Below, one piece after another: positions 48,806 to 59,495 of a stretch of 64,000 nucleotides of DNA; the stretch's first letter is position 1; the number at the start of each line of letters is the position of its first letter. Position numbers and translations under genes: made by a program. The notes under the pieces are model-generated. The model was not told the origin of the DNA and did not search any database. It saw nothing but the letters and a program-made list of their open reading frames with translations. The stretch covers positions 18,140-82,139 of the forward strand of contig DAOSWS010000018.1 of the NCBI GenBank assembly GCA_035593605.1, in the 5' to 3' direction. This DNA comes from Thermoanaerobaculia bacterium. Its GTDB lineage: Bacteria > Acidobacteriota > Thermoanaerobaculia > UBA2201 > DAOSWS01.

Positions 48806-50521
48806 TCATTCCTTCCGTCGGTACAGTGTCAGCGTGCTTCCGGTCGATACCATGACTTCCCCCTCCCGGTGCAGCTGGTTCAGGAATCCGGTGAGAGCCC
48901 GGGATTCCTGGATCCTTCCCTGGAAAAGGAGCAGGCTCTCGCCCGTCTGTTCGACCTGTTTGGATAGAACGACATAGGGTCGCCAACGGGCCGGTTCATC
49001 AAAAAAATTCATGGATCCATGGATGTGGGCCGCAGGAAACCCGGTTCCAATGTAGACGGTTGTCACACGATTTCCCGGGATGCCCATCCTGGAAAGAGTA
49101 TGGGACATGCGAACCCAGTCCTGCCCCCAGTCCAGGTTGGAGTCAGCCAGGTAATGGGCTCCCATCCATCGTCCTCCTGCCAGGTAATTGACATGGGCGA
49201 TGTAGTGAGGAAAGGCGGTCAGTGGAATCAGGCATTGGAGTAGGAGAAGGACCCCGATTCCGGATTTCATGCCCCTATCCGTGAAGAGTGAGGCTCCCAG
49301 AATGGCAACCATGGGTACGATAGGAAGAAGGTGGCGTGCGCCTATATTGTACGAAGATGTGGAAGATACCAGAAAATAGATCAGGATAGGGGATACGAGG
49401 AAAAGCCCTTCCTCCAGAGTGAGCTTCCTTCGAAGAAATCTGATCCCGAAGAGGAGAAGCAGGGGGAAGGTGCATTTCAGGAGAAAGGCCGACGGGAAAT
49501 AGAGAAGAAACCCTTTGACTCGTACCTGACCGAAGAGATAATTGATGCCCTGGCCCTCCTGGTTTGTCATTTCCACGCAGGTGAGCCCCAGGGCGATATG
49601 GGCGAGGGAAGGGCTGATCTCTGCAAGGCGGAGAAGCTGAGAAGTCCGGAGGCTGTGGTCATGCGGAAATCGTGCCATCGTCTGCTCGATCACCAGTTTC
49701 TCCACGTCCTCATTCTGATTTCGCATAGATAGATGGTAGACCGCCACGATCAAAATGATGGCTCCCAGGGTCGAAACAAGAGACCACATGGCGATTCCGG
49801 GCCGATGGCGGATCAGGGAAATGGCCATGGCCAGAAGAAGAACGATCAGGATCAGATAGATGGATGAAAATTTGGATAGAAAAGAGAATCCAAGCGCAAG
49901 GCTCAGAAGAGACGAATACGCAGGGCCCGGTCTTTGAACCAGACGGTGAAGGGCATAGAGGGACATGACCCAGAATACAGTTGCTGCAACATCGGTGTGG
50001 ACCACCTGCCCCTGGCCGAGGAGCAGAGGCTGTGTCCCGAGAAGAGTCACTGCCGCCAGAGCCACGCCTCTTCCGTACATCTCCTTTGCCCACAGATAGG
50101 TCAGCCAGAGTAACAGGGCAACAAAGAAGATCATGGGGAAACGAGCCCATCTCAGAATCGCCATGGGTGAAACGCGGTTCTGATAGAGGAACTCATGAAT
50201 CAGCAGAGGAAGGCGGCTCATCCGGTCCCCGGGGATCGAAGAGGGCATAACGGGATGAATGGCGAGAAGCGAGAGCCCGGAAAGAAGTTTTGCCAGCGGC
50301 GGGTGCTCCGGATTGAAATCATAATATCCCTGGGAAACCATCGCGTATCCTGCCAGGATATGACAGGGTTCATCCGTTGTCGCGCTGTTGTTCCAGCCAG
50401 CAGCCAGGGAGAGAAGACAGCAGGTCAGTATCAGAAGAAATCCCGCGATCGACCTGTGAATATACTGGTTCAATGGCCTGGCAGGGTCAGAGGATTTCTG
50501 ATGAGGATCCCAGGAGGTCAT
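48806..50521 (-). CDS. GT39/ArnT-like polytopic membrane glycosyltransferase
   Basis: More than 10 TM helices; N-terminal loop with a DE motif typical of the PMT/ArnT (GT-C) family. Confidence 0.65.
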   Translation of the reverse strand: MTSWDPHQKSSDPARPLNQYIHRSIAGFLLILTCCLLSLAAGWNNSATTDEPCHILAGYAMVSQGYYDFNPEHPPLAKLLSGLSLLAIHPVMPSSIPGDRMSRLPLLIHEFLYQNRVSPMAILRWARFPMIFFVALLLWLTYLWAKEMYGRGVALAAVTLLGTQPLLLGQGQVVHTDVAATVFWVMSLYALHRLVQRPGPAYSSLLSLALGFSFLSKFSSIYLILIVLLLAMAISLIRHRPGIAMWSLVSTLGAIILIVAVYHLSMRNQNEDVEKLVIEQTMARFPHDHSLRTSQLLRLAEISPSLAHIALGLTCVEMTNQEGQGINYLFGQVRVKGFLLYFPSAFLLKCTFPLLLLFGIRFLRRKLTLEEGLFLVSPILIYFLVSSTSSYNIGARHLLPIVPMVAILGASLFTDRGMKSGIGVLLLLQCLIPLTAFPHYIAHVNYLAGGRWMGAHYLADSNLDWGQDWVRMSHTLSRMGIPGNRVTTVYIGTGFPAAHIHGSMNFFDEPARWRPYVVLSKQVEQTGESLLLFQGRIQESRALTGFLNQLHREGEVMVSTGSTLTLYRRKE

Positions 50522-51863
50522 AGAGGTGAAGAATGGAATTCAGGCCGCCTTCGAAGTTCTCAAGCAAAAGAAACTCATTGGGTGCATGGGCATTTTCCTC
50601 GGGGAGTCCAAATCCAAGGAGGAGGGTATTCAGTTCCAGAATCTGCTTCAGCAGAGAGACGACCGGAATGGTGCCTCCCTGTCGAATCAGATGGCACGGT
50701 TTTCCAAATCCCTTTGAAACGGCATCCCGGGCCATCTGAAGAGCCGGAGCATCACGATCCACCATGGCCGGGTAAGCTCCTTCATGTCGAATTATCTCCA
50801 TCGAAACGCCCGAAGGACATCGTTGCCGTAAGCAGGTTTCGATTTTTTCAAGAATTTCTTCGGGAGTCTGATCCGGAACCAGGCGGCTTGAGATCTTTGC
50901 CCTGGCTTCGGACGGAATGATTGTCTTGGCGCCCTTACCCTGGAATCCGCTGGTAAGGCCATGGATGTCGAGGGAAGGACGGGACCAGATCGATTCTATG
51001 GCGCTGTATCCCTCTTCCGGAACCAGTTGGGTCACTCCCGCAGCCCTGGCAAGATCGGTTTCTGTGAGGGGAAGATGTTTCGCAGCCTGACGTTCTTCGT
51101 CCGTCATCGGGCGAACACGGTCGTAAAAACCGGGAATCGTGATTTTTCCTCCCGGGTCTTTGAGAGAGGTCAGGAGTGAGCAGAGCACGTTGGCCGGGTT
51201 GGCTACGGCTCCTCCAAATCGGCCGGAATGGAGGTCTCCGGCCGGGCCGCGAAGAATAACTTCTAAATAGGCGAGTCCGCGCAACCCGTATCCCACAGCC
51301 GGCATTCCCCTGCCAAGCATGGGGTTGTCCGAGATTACCGCGATGTCGCTCCGGAAAGTGGAAGCATGCTTCTTCAGAAATTCCGGCAAACTGGGAGACC
51401 CGATTTCCTCTTCCCCTTCCAGGAGAACAGTCACATTCACCGGGAGAGCCCTCTTCGTGGACAGGAAGCACTCCATGGCCTTCAAATGAATAAAAAGCTG
51501 ACCCTTGTCATCGGAAATGCCTCGGGCATAGAGGGCTCCATCACGTTCCGTGAGCGTAAAGGGAGGGGATGTCCACAGATCCAGGGGGTCGGCAGGTTGG
51601 ACATCGTAATGGCCGTAAAGGAGAAGGGTGGGTTTCCCGGGAGCGTCTGACCATTCGCCGACTACGGCAGGGTGGCCGCCCGTATCCATGATCCTCGCAG
51701 CCAGTCCCATAGCGGAAAGGTGGTTTTGAAGCCATTTCGCTGCATGCATCATATCGGGACGGTGTTCTTCATCTGTCGAAATGGAAGGTATGGCGACAAA
51801 CTCTGACAACTCGGAGAGAAACCGGGAACGATTCGTTTCTGCATATGACAGGATATCGCGCAT
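50487..51863 (-). CDS. M20 family dipeptidase / deacylase
   Basis: 'YGHYDVQPAD … GISDDKG' M20 metal-binding motifs. Confidence 0.85.
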   Translation of the reverse strand: MRDILSYAETNRSRFLSELSEFVAIPSISTDEEHRPDMMHAAKWLQNHLSAMGLAARIMDTGGHPAVVGEWSDAPGKPTLLLYGHYDVQPADPLDLWTSPPFTLTERDGALYARGISDDKGQLFIHLKAMECFLSTKRALPVNVTVLLEGEEEIGSPSLPEFLKKHASTFRSDIAVISDNPMLGRGMPAVGYGLRGLAYLEVILRGPAGDLHSGRFGGAVANPANVLCSLLTSLKDPGGKITIPGFYDRVRPMTDEERQAAKHLPLTETDLARAAGVTQLVPEEGYSAIESIWSRPSLDIHGLTSGFQGKGAKTIIPSEARAKISSRLVPDQTPEEILEKIETCLRQRCPSGVSMEIIRHEGAYPAMVDRDAPALQMARDAVSKGFGKPCHLIRQGGTIPVVSLLKQILELNTLLLGFGLPEENAHAPNEFLLLENFEGGLNSILHLYDLLGSSSEIL

Positions 51864-51880
51864 GATGGTATCCTATCATA

Positions 51881-53749
51881 GTGAAGTCCTGGCTATCCCT
51901 GAAAAGCTGTCTTTTGGTTTTCCTGGCCTTTCTGTTCTGGCTTGTCGCGGGTTTTCCCGGATTGGCCTTCTTTATCTCTTCCCTGGTTTTTGTCTTTCTC
52001 GTGCGCTATCTATGGCACCGGCTCTTCTGGAAGGTTTCCAGGAGGCTGACACTCTCCTACCTGATCATGGCCACGACGGCATTTCTCATGGGGATTACCA
52101 TTCTTCTTGTTGTCATCTACGCGGTAGCCGGCCTTATCCTCCACTATGAAGTTGACTCCAGACTTCGGATGACCTACGAAGAAATGTTGTTCTGGCATCA
52201 ACAGCTGAAGCGGTTCCCCGATCCTGCCATGCTTCTGGGATTCACGTCTCGGTACCCGGGAGCCAACGCCCGTGTCCTATCAGATGATGGCCTTCTTCTT
52301 GCCGGGTCCCCAAAACCCATGGGGAGTCTTGTGGAAACGGCCATTGAACTGGAAGGTTCCACATGGTTTCTGATCGTTAATGATCCCGGGCTTATCCGGC
52401 TGGAAGTGCCCCTTGATGATGTTCTCAATACGGGGTCAACCTACCTGAGGGGGATGAACTGGGATATTTTCATCGGTTCTCAGCTTGAAGAGGGAAATAT
52501 AACATCGCAGATGAAAACCGGACCCTTCCGCCCAAGGATTCAACCCGGAAAATCATGGCTTGACCGGCTGATATTCCGCAGCCTCTTTCTTGACCTTACC
52601 TCCGCCATTTCAACGCCGGCGGAGAAGCTCCCCCGGGGGCACTCCGCCTCACCGACCTCTCCACCCTGGGCAAGCCATGAAAGTGATCTGGGAAGGCCGA
52701 TTCCAATGGTGGTTCTGAGCATTTCACCCAGAGATCTTTACTTAAGCCTTGCTCCCCAGGCTCCGGGGTCCCCGCGTCTGATTCTCCAGGTTCTCCTCTT
52801 TTTAACGGGATTTATCGTTCTCATGGGTTCCATTACTCTGGTCTTTGCTGCCGTCACCGTGGTCAGAATCACGCAATCCATCCGGCGGCTTTCAGCGGGA
52901 GGAGAGCGATTCTCCTCCGGCGAATTTACCTATCGAATCCCGATTCGTCCTCGCAGAGATGAACTGAATCTGCTTGCTCTTCAGTTTAACCGGATGGCGG
53001 AAAGTATTGAGACCTTCCTTCAAGAGGAGATGGTCAAGAATCAGATGTTAAAGGAAATCGAGATTGCTTCTACAATACAAAGAAGTCTCCTCCCGGAAAA
53101 ACTGAACCTGAATCCCTTTGAATCGACCGTTCACTTTGAACCCTGTGAACGTGTGGGAGGTGATTACTACGATGCCTTTTCATTAAAGAATCATCACCTG
53201 TTCACGATCGGGGATGCCTCGGGACACGGTGTCCCGGCGGCCATTTTGATGTCCATGGTGAAGAGTGTCATGTCCACCCTTGTGGATGAGGGTCGGGACC
53301 CGGATATTATTTTGAAGAGAATTCACGAATTCCTCGCCGGGACGGTCCAGGGAGAGCAGTTTATTACGCTGCAGATGGTTGCGATCCACCAGGGGCATCT
53401 ACACCTCTTCAACGCCGGCCATCCGCCCCCCATCCTTCTATCCAATGGTAGTCCCCGTCTTGTGGAACTGCCCTCCATGCCGGTCGGACTCCTGGATGGG
53501 CCCAGGGGTGAATCGATCAGGGTCGATTTCCGTAAGGGTGACATTCTCTTTTTCTACACGGACGGTCTCTATGAGGCTGTGGATCAGGATGATGAGATCT
53601 TCGGGTTTGACCGTCTTCTTGATGTTCTGGGCCGTTCGCCCCGCCACCCCGGCCTGATTATTACCAACGTTCTCCATGCTCTGGATGCCTTTCGAGAAGG
53701 TGTGCCTCTCGGTGATGATCTGACCATGGTGGCATTGAGGGCGCCGTGA
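51881..53749 (+). CDS. Membrane sensor PP2C-type (SpoIIE/RsbU-like) serine phosphatase with HAMP domain
   Basis: N-terminal TM segments and extracytoplasmic loop; HAMP-like linker; C-terminal PPM motifs 'GDASGHGVPAA' and 'FFYTDGLYEA'. Confidence 0.8.
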   Translation: MKSWLSLKSCLLVFLAFLFWLVAGFPGLAFFISSLVFVFLVRYLWHRLFWKVSRRLTLSYLIMATTAFLMGITILLVVIYAVAGLILHYEVDSRLRMTYEEMLFWHQQLKRFPDPAMLLGFTSRYPGANARVLSDDGLLLAGSPKPMGSLVETAIELEGSTWFLIVNDPGLIRLEVPLDDVLNTGSTYLRGMNWDIFIGSQLEEGNITSQMKTGPFRPRIQPGKSWLDRLIFRSLFLDLTSAISTPAEKLPRGHSASPTSPPWASHESDLGRPIPMVVLSISPRDLYLSLAPQAPGSPRLILQVLLFLTGFIVLMGSITLVFAAVTVVRITQSIRRLSAGGERFSSGEFTYRIPIRPRRDELNLLALQFNRMAESIETFLQEEMVKNQMLKEIEIASTIQRSLLPEKLNLNPFESTVHFEPCERVGGDYYDAFSLKNHHLFTIGDASGHGVPAAILMSMVKSVMSTLVDEGRDPDIILKRIHEFLAGTVQGEQFITLQMVAIHQGHLHLFNAGHPPPILLSNGSPRLVELPSMPVGLLDGPRGESIRVDFRKGDILFFYTDGLYEAVDQDDEIFGFDRLLDVLGRSPRHPGLIITNVLHALDAFREGVPLGDDLTMVALRAP

Positions 53750-54870
53750 AGATCTTCCAGATCCTGGACAAGGGGAGTTTCAATACGGGTTCGGTTCACC
53801 AGATGTTCGCACTTGCCGGGAGTCTGGCTGATCGAGGCCACACGGTATCGGTTGCAGGAAAACCGGGTTCCGAAGTTGAAACCGCATGCCACTCCAACCA
53901 TATCCCCTATGTTCCACTTCCCTTTCGGCTGGATTTCGATCCGATCACCATTCTGGGCCTGGCCCGGGCCTTCCGCCATTCAGGAGTCGACGTAGTCCAT
54001 GTCCACAAGGGGAGACCCCATACCCTGGCTCTCCTGGCTTCAATGCTGGTCCCCGTTCCCTGTTTTGTCGCCAACCGCGGGGTTTCCTTTCCGCTGACAA
54101 TCTGGAATCGGGGGAAATACAGGTCCAGGCGTTGTCATCGAGTCGTCTGTGTCTGTGATGCGATTCGCGATATTGTCATTCGTTCAGGGAAGCTCCCTCC
54201 GGAAAAGGTCGTAACCATCTATGCCGGAACCGATCTGAGGCGCTTCGATCCATCCCGGGAGGACGGGCGGGGACTCAGAAGGGAACTTGGATTTGAAGAT
54301 CATCACGTGGTTGTCTGTCAAACCGGACTTCGAGAATGGCGGGGATGGAGAACCCTCGTGGAGGCGTTCGCTGAGATCGCGCCATCGGCACCGGAAGCAA
54401 GACTTTTGCTTGTGGCTGCAAAAGATGAGGAACACCGCAGGATGATTCAGACAGAAACCGATCGCCTTCACATTACCGGCAGAACCGTAATTCTTGGATA
54501 TCGAAGCGACATGCCCGCGATTTCCGCCGCTCAGGACATTGCCTGTGATTTTTCCTACGCCGGACTTGGAATTACGGGCACGCTGCGAGAGGGAATGGCG
54601 ATGGGGCGACCTGTTGTCGCATCCTCTGCCGGGGGGAACCCGGAGCTGGTGATCGAGGGTGAAACCGGGTTTCTGGTTCCTCCCGGGGATCCCGGCTCGA
54701 CAGGAAAGGCCCTTCTTCGTCTGATCCGAAATCCCGATGAGCGGACCCGCATGGGCCTGGCAGGCCGGAAGAGGGTGGTGGATTTCTTTTCCACGGACAT
54801 CAGGGTTTCAAGAATGGAGCGCCTCTATTCGGAAGTCGTGACGTCAGAAACCGGTTCTTCCATTTCCTGA
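53746..54870 (+). CDS. Glycosyltransferase family 4
   Basis: GT4 C-terminal 'E..G.P..EAMAMGRPVVAS' motif; stop/start overlap with the PP2C gene. Confidence 0.8.
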   Translation: MKIFQILDKGSFNTGSVHQMFALAGSLADRGHTVSVAGKPGSEVETACHSNHIPYVPLPFRLDFDPITILGLARAFRHSGVDVVHVHKGRPHTLALLASMLVPVPCFVANRGVSFPLTIWNRGKYRSRRCHRVVCVCDAIRDIVIRSGKLPPEKVVTIYAGTDLRRFDPSREDGRGLRRELGFEDHHVVVCQTGLREWRGWRTLVEAFAEIAPSAPEARLLLVAAKDEEHRRMIQTETDRLHITGRTVILGYRSDMPAISAAQDIACDFSYAGLGITGTLREGMAMGRPVVASSAGGNPELVIEGETGFLVPPGDPGSTGKALLRLIRNPDERTRMGLAGRKRVVDFFSTDIRVSRMERLYSEVVTSETGSSIS

Positions 54871-54875
54871 ACAAT

Positions 54876-55484
54876 TCAGGAGGGTTTCACCGGGTGATAG
54901 GCCCGGCCTCCCCTTTCAAACTGTAATCCTCGAGCCTTGAATCCATCGATGACTTCATCCATGCGCGATGACTCCACACGGATCCAGATACGCGGTGCGG
55001 GGGAATAAGCCTGATCGATGATCTGGATTTTCAGTCTGTCCAGAAGTGAAAAAATTTCCCCGACCTGAGCGGGAGTTGAATGGAGAATCATGTCAATCTG
55101 CTCTGTAATTAGAATGAGATGGGCCCCGGCAACGGCTTCCTCTCCGGCGGTTCGATAGGCCCGTGCCAGGTTTCCCGTTCCCAGCTTGACACCCCCAAAA
55201 TAGCGGACGACGATCAGGCCCGCAAGGAGAAGATCGAGACCTGAAAGGAGATTCAAAAGGGGCGGACCGGCCGTTCCCCTGGGCTCTCCCGCGTCTGAAA
55301 ATCGCTCCATATCGGGCAGTCGAAAGGCCCAGCAGAGATGACGGGATGCATGATGTTCACGGTGAAGAGCTTCGAGACGGGAGAAAAAGGCATCTTCATT
55401 CCCGATGGGAAAGAGGTGGGCCAGGAACTTCGACCCTCGTTCGCTGTACTGTCCAAATGACTCGCCCTGTACCGAACGAACCAT
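54876..55484 (-). CDS. IMPACT / YigZ family protein
   Basis: 'GSKFLAH … DAGEPRGTAGPPLL' IMPACT-family signature. Confidence 0.7.
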   Translation of the reverse strand: MVRSVQGESFGQYSERGSKFLAHLFPIGNEDAFFSRLEALHREHHASRHLCWAFRLPDMERFSDAGEPRGTAGPPLLNLLSGLDLLLAGLIVVRYFGGVKLGTGNLARAYRTAGEEAVAGAHLILITEQIDMILHSTPAQVGEIFSLLDRLKIQIIDQAYSPAPRIWIRVESSRMDEVIDGFKARGLQFERGGRAYHPVKPS

Positions 55485-56554
55485 CAGGGGATGTTGAGCG
55501 GGCCTGAACCCGGTTTCCAGAGAGTTCCAAAAGTTTTCAGTCGATCTTCCAGGCCGGGAAGGGTGCTTCCCTGGATCCGGGCGGTGGTCAGCTCAACCAG
55601 CAATCCTTCCCAGGGGAGAGCATATTCCCGGGCATAGGATGAACAGATTTCAAGATTTTCCGGTCCGATTCCCATCTCGGCGAGCCCGGTGAGAGCATAG
55701 ATTTTCCCCCTTGGATCGCGTGTGCTTTCAAAAAGGGAGAGACAGGCGTGAAACCTGGTTTCAGCCTGTTCCTTTTCACCCTGCAATTTGTGAACGGTTC
55801 CCATGGACCACACGGTGTAGGCATAGGATACGCGATCCCCCAGAATCCGGTACCCTTCTTCCGCTTTCTGAAACTGCTCCATGGCCTTTGAAAACTCTCC
55901 CCTCATGCGATGGACGTTTCCCAGTCCGCAATGGGAATAGGAGATGGCAAAGCGGTCTTCGTGGTGTCGGGCCAGTTCATGGGCAGCGGAATAGGACTCA
56001 TCGGACGCGTCGATTCGACCCAGGATACGGGAAAGACCTCCCAGCCCGCAGTGACAGAACATTTCGCCGTGGCTGTCCCCGAGGGCCCGGTACATGGCGA
56101 GGGCCTCTTCCAGATGTTCCAGGGCTTCCGTAAATTTACCGGAAATTCGCTTCGCACCGCCAAGGGCCCAGAGTGCATAGGCCATTCCTTCTTCATCGTC
56201 GGTGCGGTCAAAGATATCCAGGGCTTCCTTCAGGTATCGAATGGCTTCGGCATGACGGCACAGGGCTCGGAGGGCAAGCGCCTTTCCCAGCAGTGCATCC
56301 AGCCGGAATACTTCATCCGCAGGACGTTCCATCGCTGCCTGGTAGTGATCCAGAGATTCAAGGAACTCGCCCTGCATTCGAAGAACATGACCAAGTCCGA
56401 GATGAGCTTCCGCCGTACGGATTCCCAGGTCGAGGGCCTCCTGATAGAAGCGGGCGGCATCCACATAGCGGCATGATAACCGGGCTTCTTCTGCCTGATC
56501 GTATAAGTCCATAATCCTATTATACCTTTTGATAATCAAGAAATTTCGATCCAT
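55484..56554 (-). CDS. TPR-repeat protein
   Basis: Eight or more tandem TPR repeats (recurring AxxxxGxxxxxxGxxxEA patterns). Confidence 0.7.
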   Translation of the reverse strand: MDRNFLIIKRYNRIMDLYDQAEEARLSCRYVDAARFYQEALDLGIRTAEAHLGLGHVLRMQGEFLESLDHYQAAMERPADEVFRLDALLGKALALRALCRHAEAIRYLKEALDIFDRTDDEEGMAYALWALGGAKRISGKFTEALEHLEEALAMYRALGDSHGEMFCHCGLGGLSRILGRIDASDESYSAAHELARHHEDRFAISYSHCGLGNVHRMRGEFSKAMEQFQKAEEGYRILGDRVSYAYTVWSMGTVHKLQGEKEQAETRFHACLSLFESTRDPRGKIYALTGLAEMGIGPENLEICSSYAREYALPWEGLLVELTTARIQGSTLPGLEDRLKTFGTLWKPGSGPLNIP

Positions 56555-56656
56555 CCTGACGTGTTAGAATAAAGATCAGGAGTTTTGGATCTTTCTCAGA
56601 GAATTCAGGATAACTTGAATTCATGAGGTAACCTCAATTGCAATGGAGGCACAGGA

Positions 56657-57703
56657 ATGACCGATGAGCAGATTGTCAGGGAGTCAGAGCGTTTGCACGA
56701 TTCCCTGAAACATCTTGGGTGGACCCTCGAAGACTGCGGGGTGTATGCTCCCATAACGCTGGAGATCCGAAATCTGGCCAGGGAAAAGAATGCCGTAATC
56801 CTGGCGCACAATTACCAGACTCCCGATATAATTTTCGGTATATCGGATTACCGGGGCGATTCCCTGGGCCTTTCCGAAGCTGCCCGGGATACGGATGCCG
56901 ATGTGATCGTCTTTTGCGGAGTCCGTTTTATGGCGGAGACCGCGAAGATCCTGTCCCCGGAAAAGGTTGTGCTGCACCCGGCTCCCGATGCCGGATGCTC
57001 TCTTTCTGAATCGATTTCCGCGCAGGATGTCCGGAACCTGCGAACCCGATATCCCGACGCTGCCTTTGTCTGTTATGTAAACACTATGGCGGAAGTGAAG
57101 GCGGAGTGTGATGCATGCTGTACCAGCGCCAATGCCCTGGCCGTTGTGGAAGCCATCGATAACGACACGATCGTCTTCCTCCCTGACCGGCACATGGCGG
57201 CCAACTTGAGGAAATACACCTCCAAGACGATCCTCGACTACGACGGAACCTGTATCGTTCACGATGCCTTTACCTACGAGACGGCCCTGACATGGAAACG
57301 GATGTATCCCAACGCCAAATTGCTTGTTCACACTGAATCTCACCGGAAGGTTGTCGATATCGCCGATCTCGCCGGGGGGACGGGCGATATGGTGCATTAC
57401 GTGAAAAACAGTGGTGCGAAGCAGTTCATGCTGGTAACGGAGTGCGGTCTCTCCGACCGCCTCCGGGTCGAATTTCCTGAAAAGGAGTTTTTGGGAACCT
57501 GCTCCCTCTGTCCCCACATGAAGCGGGTGAACCTTGGAAATGTCCTTCAGGCCCTCAAGGAGCCTCGAGACGATCAGATCGTTGAAATTCCGGAGGATAT
57601 TCGACAGCGGGCCAGCCGCAGCATTACCATGATGTTTGACCTGACGCGCAAAAAAGTTGATCCATCCCGTCCCCACTCGAATCTCGGGGATCTTGAACAA
57701 TAG
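56657..57703 (+). CDS. nadA: Quinolinate synthase
   Basis: 'ILAHNYQ' and 'FCGVRFMAETAKIL' NadA motifs. Confidence 0.9.
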   Translation: MTDEQIVRESERLHDSLKHLGWTLEDCGVYAPITLEIRNLAREKNAVILAHNYQTPDIIFGISDYRGDSLGLSEAARDTDADVIVFCGVRFMAETAKILSPEKVVLHPAPDAGCSLSESISAQDVRNLRTRYPDAAFVCYVNTMAEVKAECDACCTSANALAVVEAIDNDTIVFLPDRHMAANLRKYTSKTILDYDGTCIVHDAFTYETALTWKRMYPNAKLLVHTESHRKVVDIADLAGGTGDMVHYVKNSGAKQFMLVTECGLSDRLRVEFPEKEFLGTCSLCPHMKRVNLGNVLQALKEPRDDQIVEIPEDIRQRASRSITMMFDLTRKKVDPSRPHSNLGDLEQ

Positions 57704-57720
57704 ACATTCAGGAGGAAATC

Positions 57721-58131
57721 ATGACGCCGTGGAAGGAACTCTCTCTGGCCGCTCCCTTTCCCAGGCTCTCCCTGGGCTTGATTTTTCTGGTTGCCGGAAT
57801 CCATAAGGCTCTGGCCGGGTTTGAAGCCACAGCAGGGTGGATGACGAAGGCTTTTGAGGGTACGTTCCTTCCCGAGATTGCGGTTCAAATTTTTGCTTAC
57901 GGGCTGATCCCCCTGGAAATCCTCGTTGGCGTGATGCTTCTGCTCGGGCTCTGGAGAAAGGGGTTTCTCCTGACGGCCGCCTGTCTTCTCATGCTTCTGA
58001 TCGTGGGCAAACTGATCCTCGCAGACCATGCCGTGGTGTTTCAAAACACCTTCTATCTCTTTCTGGCGGCTCTGGGCCTTGCCGTGCTGCCCTTTGATCC
58101 CTGCGGCATCGACGCCATGCGACAATCCTGA
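57721..58131 (+). CDS. DoxX-family membrane protein
   Basis: Four TM helices; DoxX-like size and hydropathy; RBS 'aggagg'. Confidence 0.6.
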   Translation: MTPWKELSLAAPFPRLSLGLIFLVAGIHKALAGFEATAGWMTKAFEGTFLPEIAVQIFAYGLIPLEILVGVMLLLGLWRKGFLLTAACLLMLLIVGKLILADHAVVFQNTFYLFLAALGLAVLPFDPCGIDAMRQS

Positions 58132-58136
58132 CAACC

Positions 58137-59066
58137 TTGACCTTCCAGCTCTACCTTGCACGACCCCGCGGTTTCTGTGCGGGTGTGGACCGGGCAATTG
58201 AAGTGGTTCGTGAGACCCTGCGGCAGTACGGTTCTCCCGTTTTTGTCCGCCATGCCATTGTCCATAATCGGCATGTTGTAGAAGAACTGGAGCGCGAAGG
58301 TGCTGTTTTTGTGGAAGATACCGGCCAGATTCCCGAAGGATCCGTCGCCATTTTCTCGGCCCATGGAGTCTCTCCGCAGGTACGGGTCGAAGCGGAAAAA
58401 CGGGGTCTTCGTGCCATCGACGCCACCTGTCCACTGGTCACCAAGGTCCATCTGGAAGCTCGAAGGTTCGCGGAAAAGGGGTACTCCATCCTTCTGATCG
58501 GACATCGGGGCCATGTGGAAGTGGAGGGAACCCTGGGAGAGGCACCCGACCATATCCTGCTGATCGAAACAGGGGAGGATGCGGAGCGCATCGAAGTCCC
58601 CGATCCGGAAAAGGTCGCTCTTATAACCCAGACAACCCTTTCCGTCGACGATACAAGGGAAATCGCGGAAGTCCTGAAAGCTCGATTCCCTCAGATTCAT
58701 ATTCCCTCCGCCAAAGATATCTGCTACGCAACCCAGAACCGGCAGGATGCCGTAAAAGCCCTCTGTAAAAAGGTGGAAGCCGTGATCGTGATTGGCTCTC
58801 CGGCTTCATCCAACTCGAATCGGCTCCGGGAGGTGGCGGAAGGTGCAGGACGCCGTGCATGGCTGATTGAGGAGGCAAACCAGATCAATCCCCGATGGCT
58901 GGAGGGAATTTCCCGGCTGGGTGTGACTTCGGGAGCCTCGACCCCGGAATCCCTCGTTCAGGCGGTTATCTCCCGCCTCTCAGAGCTTGGTGCCGAGTCG
59001 GTTGTGGAACTGGAGGGTGAAATTGAAACCATCCGGTTTCAGCTTCCACGGGAACTTCAGAAATAG
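58137..59066 (+). CDS. ispH: 4-hydroxy-3-methylbut-2-enyl diphosphate reductase
   Basis: 'LARPRGFCAGVDRAIE' N-terminus; three conserved Cys. Confidence 0.9.
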   Translation: MTFQLYLARPRGFCAGVDRAIEVVRETLRQYGSPVFVRHAIVHNRHVVEELEREGAVFVEDTGQIPEGSVAIFSAHGVSPQVRVEAEKRGLRAIDATCPLVTKVHLEARRFAEKGYSILLIGHRGHVEVEGTLGEAPDHILLIETGEDAERIEVPDPEKVALITQTTLSVDDTREIAEVLKARFPQIHIPSAKDICYATQNRQDAVKALCKKVEAVIVIGSPASSNSNRLREVAEGAGRRAWLIEEANQINPRWLEGISRLGVTSGASTPESLVQAVISRLSELGAESVVELEGEIETIRFQLPRELQK

Positions 59067-59089
59067 TCACGAATAGAAAAACCGGGTGG

Positions 59090-59453
<364 letters not shown>

Positions 59454-59495
59454 CCACCCCGCTCTATTGTATCATTCCGTCCCTGGAGAAGATGG

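Noticed and set aside
56684-57700. 338-aa minus-strand ORF
   Set aside because: Exactly antisense to nadA, which has unambiguous motifs. Mirror artefact.
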